Below, in pieces: positions 41,293-58,500 of a stretch of DNA of 64,000 nucleotides. Source of the DNA: Lytechinus pictus (taxonomy: Eukaryota); assembly GCF_037042905.1 (NCBI RefSeq), contig NC_087248.1, forward strand, positions 6,882,001 through 6,946,000, given 5' to 3'. Positions within the stretch are counted from its first letter, which is position 1, and every line of letters begins with the position of its first letter. Position numbers and translations under genes: made by a program. The notes below the pieces were generated by a model. That model saw only the letters and a list, made by a program, of their open reading frames with translations. It had not been told where the DNA came from and did not search any database.

Positions 41293-43393
41293 TGGCTAGC
41301 TTGCTCGTGGATTGCAGTTTCACTAATAACTTATGGGATGTGATCGGCATGGGCAAAAATCCCGGGGATAGGGGCGGGGGACACGGGGCTGGCAATTTAA
41401 ATTTTGTACATCAAGCCTGAAGTTTGTGATCTTCATCATCATCATCATAATCATCATCGTCACCACCACCACCACCATCATTATTATATTCACCACCATC
41501 ATCTTTTTTATGCAGTGCTTGTTTCGCTCGCTCGCATTCGTTTCTTTAAATTTCGCCCCTTATGTCATGTCTGGCCCCTCATTACCACTGATCATCATCA
41601 TCAGTACTAACCATCCGGTGTATTTTTGAAGGTTATAGAATCACCTTTCTCGTGTTTTTCTTGAGAGGCTTGAAATTATGGCCCTTGCTGTGGAAGCGGG
41701 GGTGCTGGGGTATTAACCCCCAAGATTTGTTTGGAGGGTGGTGTGTGTGTGTTTTGCTCCATAGACAGAGCACTCCTTGGAATCTGGTAGGTAAAAAGAT
41801 CGAAACCTAACCAGAATCACCCACATTTTATTGTGAAACTTTTTTTTTTGGGGGGGGGAGGGGTTGTCAAATTTTTCTTCCAAACCAGCACGTACCCCTA
41901 TAAAAAATAAAAATAAAACAAAGTTTTTACATTATTTACTTCATGCTGTGTATAATTCTTACTGCTTTCTTTTTATTATTTCAAATATATATAAACATCT
42001 GCAAAATAATGTACCCGCTCCTCCTTCAAATGTTCGAAATTCGACGCTCTTTATCAAATACAAAGTTTTCATTTGTTTTTCTTGTAAACACCATGCACTT
42101 ACACAATCTTTCGACAAGATCTGGAACATTGGTATTGTTAATTCGAACTCATGCGCTGTCGGTTAAAATCGATCTCTTCGATCACGTGTTATAATGTGTA
42201 TCGACAATATACAGCAACCAAAATGTTCCAGATCTGCCACATTGATATTGTGTTATATATTCGAGGTAAGCACCCCCTCCCTCCAGTACAAGTAATCCCA
42301 GATAAATACAGCTGGTATTGCTTGAGGATCGTGTGTGATCCCAGGCAGCATCAAAGGGAAAGCACGCAAGAACTGCTCATCTTCATCAGTTCATCGACTT
42401 GTTTAAGGTACCTATATATCTGGTAAGTGTGGAACTCTTATCTTAATCAACGTTAACATGTTAATGTACCATAGTGTAAAAATATTCTTCAGAACATTAA
42501 CAAGAAATCGTAATTTTAGGTTTCGATCTTCCTTCCTTTCTTGTGTCCCAAAAATGGAAGATATCATGCTTCCCGGGTGAGAAAAAGACAAAAGAAGAAT
42601 TTTATCTGTTTTTTAATTTTTTTGCGAACAGGCGAATTTTTATTTCTCAATTAATAATGAGGTTTTATTTTTCGTGTATGAACCATATTAAAAGAGATAA
42701 TTCATATTACCGACGAATTTACAGTAAACTTGCCATAAGAAATTCACATCCAAGACATATTGCCAAAAAATAAAGTATACGTAATTTTGCAAATTTTCGG
42801 TTCTTTCAAAAAAGTTGTTTGCGTTATTTTTTTTTCAACACACAAAATGACATGTTTTTATTACAATTCACATTACTGGTTCCAATAAACGACCGACTCG
42901 AGCATTGATTGATACAATTAAGTGTGCATGTCGTATACCAATAGGGTATAGGAAATATGTTTTTCGGTCACTTTATATTGCATTCCAGGACACAGGTTTT
43001 AATATAACTCGTTCTTGATCATGCCTTATTTGATTACTTTAAACTGATTATCTAAAATGAATCTCGGAAAACTATGGAATTCGTTTCATTCTTACTTTAT
43101 ATACAAAATATTTACAAGGTTAAACTACCGCGGATATATATTTTTAAATACATTGATATATTTGATTGCTTTCCAAAATAATCTGTATCTTTTTACAGAG
43201 CGAGCTAGCAAAAATTACTTACGTTTGTTGGCTAGAAGTAGGCCTATATACGAAACATACGATCAACATATAAAGCAGCATCAGCAACATATTTCCAATT
43301 GCTGTCTCTGCTGATATAAATTCATCATGACATTTTGTTTCATTCAAGAATAATTTTGAATTGGGATCTGATAATTTATTTCCCAGACCTGCG

Positions 43394-48402
<5,009 letters not shown>

Positions 48403-49511
48403 AAAGATCATCTTGCAATGGCACTCCTACAAATCAACAGAATGAAGCGATAAAACGCTATAACAGGATGAAAATGAAAGTTAATTACTAAATGATTGTT
48501 ATATCCTGTAAATTGAATAACATGAATTTCCTTGATTCCTTAACACCTTTTTAAAGTAAAGCATGGTGATGTGCCCTAGGGCTGTGCCTCCTCATATCTG
48601 GTTCTAATCAAATGGCAGACACAAGGGACCCTATTCTGAAGTTGTGGACTGTAAACCCTCTACAGAGACAGATTTTAAATGAAAATCTCAGTACTTTAAT
48701 CATTAAAAGGCTTTTGAAATCATTAACTTCATAATTGACTTAACAGCCTTCAAGTCCAACCAACCACCCCCCCCCAAATGTATCTATTATAATACATGAA
48801 TTATTTTGTTCCTGCATGTTCATAGCCTGCACAGCCAACTTAAAATTGAATGCAAGTTAATCAAGAGTGAAAAATAAGCAAGTAAAGTGATTCAATCGCA
48901 AATTCTTCAATTTTCTATGGCTCATTTATTAGTCATGAAAACAGAGAAGAGAAAGAGAATATTATGAATGTGTGTTGTGATATGTACGGCGGAACATGGA
49001 TTGCCAATAAGGATCATAACCCCTCCCACAATTGGTGCTAATATTTGATTGCCATTGTGTGAAAGCAGAGGTCCCGATTCCTGAAAAAGAGATGGCAAGG
49101 AAATGTATGCACGTACAGTGAAGAGGGTAACAAAATAGCCAGTATCGGGGGAAACTAATGTACCTTACTACAGCTTAATATGTGTAAAGTGTATATATTT
49201 CACCCTATCATGGGAAAAAGAGCATTTGAGGCATTGTTTATGGCAGAGGAAATTTGACAAGTTTTTTTCTCAGGTTTTCTGATGTCAAAAAGTGATTACT
49301 TGCTTAGAGTCTACTTTATATATACAATTATTATAAAATAACTGACTGATTTACAACCTTGATCTCATTCTAGATGGTCTAATACTATTTTCTCTACAAC
49401 CATATGATAAAAAAAACTTTTGGTCTAATTGTCACTTAGTGTATTTACCATTTTGTTTAATTTCGATGTAGGCTATTCCCATTTTGTCTCATACACTTAG
49501 TCTAACATTAT

Positions 49512-50024
49512 ACAAATAGCGAATAGGCATGAGTGCGATGGTGCGAGATTTCGCATGAGGTGAAAGAAAGATGCTCTATTCAACGAGGCGTTAGCCGAGT
49601 TGAATAGAGTGTTTCTTTCTTTCACCGAATGCGAAATCTTGCACCATTGCACGAATAAGCATATTCGCTATTTGTGTTGTACAATGCCTCGGAGTTTAGC
49701 GAAAATATGAAAAAAAGAAGAGTTTTTTCCATGCAGTAATCTATGAATAGGGAGCAAAAATATTGAAAGCAAAATCCCACAAGCGCACATGATCTTGGGC
49801 AGCACTGCGCATTCAGCCAGCAGGCTTATACGCGCATTGCACCTTCATTTTTACTGAGCGAAATGAATTAAATCGTATTGTGACGTCATCTCCTAAAGCC
49901 GTGCAACGGTACATTTTGGACGGTACATTTTGGATGGTACGTCTTTTGTGCAACGGTACGAATGTTTGACATTCAGCCTCCCATTTGCTCGCGTACAACA
50001 AGCTAAGTAGGCGTTGTACAACAC
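49512..50024. mobile_element. Non-autonomous element with split inverted repeats (possibly Crypton/tyrosine-recombinase mobilised)
   Basis: 49512..49675 folds as a long imperfect hairpin. 49674..49689 is the inverted complement of 50009..50024. No conventional TIR pair or TSD is visible. Confidence 0.6.
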
Positions 50025-52524
50025 TATAGGCTTTATGATTATATAAACTGTTTATGGACCATTTTTTACCTTTTTCTTTTGACAAGCTAAAACACAATAA
50101 GTAGAGTGGAAATTATACCAACTGGGCACTAGACTAAATGTCAATTAGACTAAGTGGGTACTGGACTACCTGTAGTGAAGACCCATGTGATCAAATTGAT
50201 AATAGACCAAATGCATTTAGCCTAGTGGTGTTAGACTAACTGATAAAGTAGATCTTCTGCTAGTAGACCAAGTGCCTACAAACAGTACATGATCCTGTTG
50301 CATAAAAGTTTGCCATTATGGTAACTTTACCATCCAATTGCAACTATCATGGAATCCTTGATTCTGATTGGCTGTTGAGCCATGTTACCATGGTAGTTAC
50401 CATTGGATGGCAAAGTTACCAAAATAGTAACTTTTATGCGTTGGGCCCCAGGTTGGTTTGTCTCATATCAAGTTTGGCTAACTCCATTGAGTGCTTTGGT
50501 TAATTCATATTTTGGCTAAGAAATTGCTTGTAGACGGAGATAGGTGGAAAGCTCTTGCAAGTTCCACAGGAGTGAGTATGGGCACAATGTGACGAAAAAG
50601 AGAGAGAGAGTAAAACTGAACTGAAAATAAACCATTCCCTGGCAGACACAATGAATACAGAAATGTACATGATATCCTCAAATGGACAAGCAGCTCAATT
50701 TATTTTCTAAATTTTCAACTTGAACATTTTAAATTTCCATTTGTCTACGGACTTCAGGTTTGTAAAGGATGGTACTATAAAACGGTTCTATGTTGAAGCA
50801 TGGAGTGATTAAGATCACAAATATTATTTTACAAATGAAATGGTATACTAGGCAATAAAAATATCACAGACTTTGACCTTCTTGCCATATGATTATGAAA
50901 TCATCTGAATAGTTGGTGTAAAAATAGGTTTTCATATCTGCCAACCCAGGAAACCAAGAAATAGGACAAATTACTAATAATTTCCAGAAATAAGAGGTAT
51001 CTTCAACTTCCCATTCAAGGTTACATAAATTTGTTCAGAGATAGAAACACAGGAGTTAAAATGGAAATTTTCCTTTCTTCAAAATAATAAGAAAACTAAT
51101 TGGCAGGTTAGACAAATTCAGAAAAATAATTTATCCATGTAACTTCACCTATGAGCTTTTGGGATTTGAAGCGTATGACACTTGTCAACAAACCGCTGCA
51201 TGGGATGTGTGTCTTCCCATGTCTAAATGCAAACCTTAATCATTTCACGTCTGAACATGGCTTAAAAAGTCCTTCAGTTTTCATCAAAATTAAGTAAAAT
51301 AACAAAAGACACAAGTAACTTTACAGAATATTTACACGGACATCCAAAGCCGCTATGAATACATAACATAATAACATGTACATGTACAACATAATAGGCC
51401 TTGAAGCAATTACTAAAATTCTACAAGAGATGAAAAATAACAAAACACAAACCATTAAACTGCCGTAAGTCCCCACCCCCTCCCCCCCAAAAAAAAAAAA
51501 AATCTCAGAAATCTACTACATGATTACAAAGATTTATCAGCACCAGGCATGGTCAGAACCAACTGTCTGTAATGTAATCCCCAACAATGTATCATCAAAT
51601 TGTCCATCTACATTAACATTCCTTCATTCTGCCAATTACTGCAATTAGACATGCATGAATAATTTTTTTTTAGATGACTAAATAGTAAATACAGCTTCCC
51701 GGAGCTTGCTATTGGTCTTAATACTCATTCCAGTATCCTCATCGAATTCGCTTGAAAATTTTTCAACATCAAAATTAATTTCTAGTAAGATTTATTCTTC
51801 ATTTTTAATTTTTCAACCTATTCATTGGACTATCTTTATCGAATTTTGCAGGAAATAAATAAAAGAAAAAATTATCAATCATAATGAATTTTAATCATTA
51901 CTGCCACAGCATGCCAAAGTTGTTTGTTTAATCCCATGTACTACTGAAAGTATATTGGATATTGGCACATTTTTCGCTGATAAATACCAATTTATCAATC
52001 ATATTCAAGGATTTCAGTAGCTTGTAACAGTTATCAAAGAAAGGGAGGGGGGGCACTTGTGTTAAAAAAATCTGACTAGTAAAAAAAAAGAGACCCTCAC
52101 TCCCAAATGAAGGTAAAGGGGACTTATCTTATGTTACAAAACATATTGATAAGCAAAAAAAAGTCTTTGTGTATGCTTTTCCGCTACAAATATTTCATTG
52201 GCTCTAAAGAGGGGGGGGGGGGTTTAGATATGCCCTCATCCTCCCCCCTCCTGGGTATGCTACTGACAACTCATTCGACCATCAATTTATTCCTGGTTTC
52301 ACCAGTGACAGAACATTAAAATTGATGACCTTATAGAACTTAACTTTTGCATTCCACCACAAGTCTGATGTAAGATGACTGTGCAGTAGAGCAATAAGAT
52401 GATAAAAAATAACCTCTTACATCAATTTGGTATGTTAAAAGGAAAATTGTTACCAATATTGAGGAAGGTACAGGGGGAGTCAGGAGCTGGTTTGAACTGA
52501 GCTATATCATATTCATTTGGTCTG

Positions 52525-55500
52525 TTAATGCGTTTCTTGTTCCATCGACGACCCCTGTCCTTCGACCGCTTCGTCTCCTTCACCATCGACCTCCTTCTGT
52601 CGTTCAAGCTCAGCAGTCCGCTCTGCCTCCTCCTCTTCCTCCTTCATCTTCTGCTGCCAGCCTGCCTGGACCTCCTGGATCATGCCGTAGCGAAGGAGCA
52701 TCTTCTCGATCTGCTCATCAGGGAGCTTGGTGGCGGAGTACCAGACGGGACTGTCTGGGATGCAGGCATGCTCCGGAAGTAGGTAGAAGATCTCATTCCG
52801 CATCTTGATGCTCTCAGGGCTACAGGAGAAAGACAAATGAAAATATCAATAATGATTGAATAAAGAACACATCTTCCTTATAAAGGAGAACATATCGTTC
52901 ACAATCTAAGAAATCATCACTCTAAAAACACTATAGTCAGAAAAAAACAATTCCTTTCATGAAACGCTCCCCAGAGGAATTTGTCGGCCATTTTACCAGA
53001 CAGTTACCATAGTAACAGTGCTTATGAGCCAATTAGAATCAAGGAAAGCTGTCAGATCTGACAACTTGTCGGACAAAAAGACTAAGTGTTGATAAAATGT
53101 TGGACCCCATTGCATAAAAGCTACAATTCAGGTAGCTGTGTCATCCAATCATAAATACTGTGGAAACGCTGTTCAACACCCAATCAAAACCAAGGATTCC
53201 CAGGAAGGTACCACTCCATGGCAAAGCTACCAAAATTAATATATGTTGTGTAATTGGGCTGAAATAAAATGCCTCCATTCAATTAAGTATGTACATCCGA
53301 ACCCCTATACATGAAACCTCCCAGAAATGATTTGTCTCTGTTTTATAGAACTTCTTAAATCTCTCATATTATATATCTTGGCTTGAGCAGTCCGTGAAGT
53401 TGTTATAAAGGAGAAACACAAAGCTTAGTAATCATCATTAGGTTTTTTTTCTAATTAATAATAGCTGGATTAATAAAGCGCTTTTTACCAGAGGATACAA
53501 AGCGCTGCTATTATTACCCGGCTTTAGCTCGAGCTACCATCACAGGCGCTCAGCGCATGCAAGGAATTACTCCTGCCGGGTACCCATTCACCTCACCTGG
53601 GTCGAGTGCAGCACAGTGTGAATAAATTTCTTGCTAAAGGAAAATACGCCATGGCTACGATTCGAACCCACGACCCTCTGTTTCAAAGGCGAGAGTCAGA
53701 ACCACTAGACCATGACGCACCCTGATTGATTGTGCTGACTACGATGTACAATTAATCGTGAAATTCAAGAGTACGATTAATCGCTAACCTTTGTGTTACG
53801 GGACCCTGGGCAATCTTCTTCTTCTGTTTGTATTAATTCTTTTCTTTTGAATGATTTGAATGTGCAATAAAATGGTGAAGTTCTAAAAAAATGTTGATCA
53901 CATTATGGAAGCCAAGTGAGCCAAAAAGATGAATATTCTTACCATTTCGAGAGGTAGAATTCATAGAGCTTGACGGGGCAACGCAGCTGGTTCTCTATGT
54001 TTTCACTCTGATCGAGGGTCTCTGGATCATACTCTCGTTTCTTCCCTCTTCCAATGTTCAGCAGCCCAGTCTTTCCTGCTTCAGCAGCATCTGTAAGGAA
54101 AGGGAAAAACATCCATGTCGTTGTGTAATAAGTCAACAACATTCACACATTTCATGTCTTCCTGAAAATAATATTCAAAGCGAAACTCCAATTGTGGGAA
54201 ACATCAGCTTCAATAATCATAATAAATAACTAGAAATGCTCTGCGGGTCGCGCGGCTGAGCACATGTATCCTCCGAACCCACCGCATCATCCATCATTGC
54301 GATATATAGAGCTCACATGGAAATTTGACAAATAAATACAATTATCATGGCAACAATGACCCCACATTTTGCCTCTGGGTACCAAATTTGATGACAATAA
54401 TATGATGCAGCAGCGTGACTCTGCAGAACCTAAAGTATTCTCAAATAGCACCTGTTGGGGAATACAATTAAAGGGTAATAATAATAGTTATTTGTATAGC
54501 TCCATCTATCTAGAAACAATTTAGTCTGAGGCACATTTCTATCATTATTACCCAAGTATTATCTTGAGCTGCTTTCAAGCACTCAGTGCATTCAATGAAT
54601 TAATCCTACTGGGTATCCATTCACAATGTGGGTAAATTTCTTGCTGAAGGAAAACACGCCATGGATAAGGCTCGAACCTACATCCTTCTGATTGAAAGAC
54701 AAGAGTCGTAACCACTAGATCACAATGCCCCACAAAGTTTCATACCATTTCAATAAATGGAAAGAATAATATTGAAAAGGATGGATTTAAAAGATTGACT
54801 TTTAAATTACTTCAGCAGCATCTTATTATAAGGAAGGGAACAACAAAGTGACAAAGTGGAAAAGATGGAAAGAATTGTGAGTTTCCACACAATTCTAATG
54901 TAATTTAGAAAGAATTGTGGGTTTTCAAACCATTTGAATATAATTCAGAGAGAATTTTAGCAAAATAAGTCATTTACTTTATTTTCGATTGCCCTGTTTT
55001 ATGATATGCAACACCCCACAAAGCACAAGACTCACCGTTCTTCTTCTTGGGAGGAAAGTAGCGGAGAAGGGAGACCTTCCCACTGGGAGTGTTGGCCTTC
55101 TTCACCAACTTCTGCATGCGAAAGAAAGCTAGCTTGGAATGCTCCTCCACGTTCCTCATCCTCAGGTTCCGACAGTTGAAGAAAAAGATGGTGCTGAGCA
55201 GAACGTGGGGTGAGTGCGCCCCCAACTGCTGGGACGCCCACATCATCTCCTCGTTGATGCGGGAGTTGAGGAGCAGACCGGTGGTGGGGTGCAAGTTGGG
55301 CACCCAAGGGCTAAGCGCATTGTGGAGGCAAATCCGGAAGTGCTCATAGCTGGGGCCGGCCAGGAAGTTGTCCAGGCGGCCGTTGTCGGTGAGGTGTCTC
55401 TGGATGGAAAGGCACATCAGGAGGATGGTTTCTGGAGAATACGATTCGCCGTCGGGTCGCCGGGCGTCGCGGACAAACTGGATCAAAGCGCGATGGATGA

Positions 55501-58500
55501 TATCAGGACTACACTCCAGGAGATTGGGTTTGATCCTCTGTGATAGAGGCTTGAGACTTTCATCAAGACCCATGACAAACAGCTTATATGCAAGAAGACC
55601 CGCCGTCACCCAGGCATTGTCTGTTGGGGGTAACGTTGGCACACGAGCGATCGGTTGAGGGTCAATGGGCTCTTCAACGGTCTCAACGATCTCCTCTTCC
55701 GATGACGATGAGACCGATGGTTCATACTCCTCTTCATCATCATCCACATCTTCTTGGCTGTCTTCATCCCTGGCAAGTGAAATATTGCATACTCAACTTG
55801 TTAATTATTCATAGTTATTGCAATCTTGATGGCTTATTGTTTTTAAGTAACACCAGAATGAAATATCAAACTAGATGGATTCTCGACTGCTCATAGTCAA
55901 AATTTATGCCTCCACCATTGCCAGATCTAATCTATATTGCATACTTTATTCTGATTTGTGAAAACCATCAAAGTAAGCATATGGCTTCCAATTTTGTAGT
56001 CAATACCTCAAATAGTTAATGAGCTATCATATATAATGATATCTGTGATCTTCAATACTTATCAGATCACCATAACTCCAATATGCATACATGACCCAAG
56101 TTTGAAGTTGATTTGTCAAACAGTTTATTGATAAATTGTGAGAACAAGGCTTTCAAGGTATATAATGACCTTAACTCTTTGACCTCCACACCCCATAACT
56201 AATTAGGTCATTGTCACGCCCATACATATACATGATGATCCAAAAATGGGGTCAATCCATCGGACAGTTCTTGCGTTATCATAAGAACAAAAACAGGATG
56301 GACAGACAACCCAAAAACAAAATGCCTCTGGGCAGTTCCATAAAATGTAAACACATCCAACCCCCTATATGTGGGACCTTCATGACATTTTCTGTCTCTG
56401 ATTTCTTGTTTGTTTTTGACAGTCTGTAATGTTCTCAAAGGACCATGACTTGGTCAGTTTATAAAGTGAAGTAAGGCTTGAGACCATTTTATGGAATTGC
56501 CCCTCTGGCACGACCTAAACTTCTGTAAGGAAAAGAATCATATTCGAGATATTTACATTCCTTTTTCAAATCATTCAGGAACATCACAGAAGAGAGATCC
56601 ATTTTTTAAAAATTGATTTACAAAATGAACTCGCATTGGGAATATTCTGGCAAGGTATCTGAAATGTCTAGGCCTATTCATGCTATATTTGTATAGTCCC
56701 ATGAATTTTTAAATCTATTTGCAGTGACACTATCTCATAGTAAGATCGATTTCTTATAGGATCAATAAGACCTGTAACATAATTCTACATTCGCGTAAAT
56801 TTCCCAGTTGCCCTGAAACAGATTATATAGCATTTACCCCAGCTAATATAGCCTACACACTGATAGCTCATTCAGTTACTTACACATAGACTTTTGTGCG
56901 CTTGGCACGGCTACTGCGTCGGAGTCCCAGACCAGTTACATTCTCCTGTGGTGGAGCAGGGGCCGAGGACGGAGCGGGAGGAGCGGATGCACGCTTACGC
57001 CTCACCCGCCTCTTCCGTTTCTTTGGTTTCTTCTTGAGGGTGATTCTTGTGACCTTCTTTGTGAGTGGCAGCGGAGGAGGAGGGTCTGCTTCTGACTCTG
57101 GGATGTGGCCTAATTTACGACAGAAAGAGATAGAGACTAACTCAACTCAGTTATTAAAATGCCACCCAATTTTCGACCAATCATTAAAAAAATCACAGAT
57201 GAAGGTTAACATTTTATGATTTTCATTTCTTGAATAATTGGAACAGATATATCGCAGAAGAATAAGAATTATTTCAAATACAGTTGAACCTGTCTTTGCA
57301 GCCACCTGTCTGTATCTGTCTTTAGTGGCCATCAAATTGCCTCCAATTTGAAAGGAATATGTGTTACAGAACCTGTCTATACAGGCCATCCTGTATCCAG
57401 TGGCCATCTTTCCCATTATTTCCCTTTGGTAGATTTAATACACAAGTTTGAATGTATATTGGTTTCTGACTTTCTGAATGAAGAATTTTTCAATACTTTT
57501 TATTAATAAACAAACCATTGTCCATGAGGAAAAGGAGGGGGAAATTTGTTAATAAAACAAGCAAATGCAGTAAATCAATATGATAGCTATCCCCATGGTC
57601 TAACCAATGGTTGAAAGCAAACAAGAGAAACGGGTAGTGTTTCATGAAACAAATAGCCAGTGATTTTCACTGACTATTGTAATAAGCCACTGAAATCATT
57701 GCATCTGATTGGCTCAGAATAAATAAGTAGTTGAAAATCACTGACAAAACTTTCCATGAAAGGCATTTCCCTGGAACATAACGTCGAAAGTGGACTGAGG
57801 CCGGCCCGGAGGCAGCTCGACATAATGTGTATCAGCTCATTATTTTTGATTGCCGGACTCAAATGAGTCCCGGACTCAAATGAGTCCACCTAAAGCGCAA
57901 TGTCAGTCTGGCAATTACCCAAAAAGGCAGCTTAACCACTGAAATAGAAATAGCTAATAATAGTTATTCCTAATGAACAATAGAGAATGTTGACGTAGAA
58001 AGACAGGCACACGTGTCACTTGAATAGGCGTCGTGGATAAAGAATCTCAAAACATTTTCAGTCTACTTCTGGCGTACCGTATTTTCCGGTGTATTAACCG
58101 CACCTTTTTTCCCGCTTTGTAATCTTAAAAAATTGGGTGCGGTTTATACAAAGAAACAACAAGATTTCATCAGAAAACTGACTGTGTTTCTTGAGTATTT
58201 TAGATTATCAAATGACCGAGAATTATTTAGAATATTTAATGTATAATTATTTGTTGGTTACTGAAAATAGAGAGTATATTTTGCAAAGTTTTCTTTTAAA
58301 ATCTTCTTTGTAAAGGTTATTTTATATTATTTGTTTAATTACTATCAATTTAATAATGTTTTCCTAAAAATAACCTTTTTTTTTTTTTTTTTATCTTTTT
58401 CCCCTCCACAGGGATTTTATTGGCAATCAAAAATCAATAGGTACAGAGCACAATGAATAATACAATCACTGATATAAACAATGAACTGACAAGTATAACA

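Noticed and set aside
53640-53722. tRNA gene
   Set aside because: A/B boxes are present but there is no acceptor stem; the sequence continues into a SINE body and tail, with a second diverged copy nearby.
55032-57219. Plus-strand and alternative-frame ORFs overlapping ZMYM exons (also 60809-61207, and minus ORFs 47647-48411 over amylase)
   Set aside because: Shadow ORFs of GC-rich coding exons.
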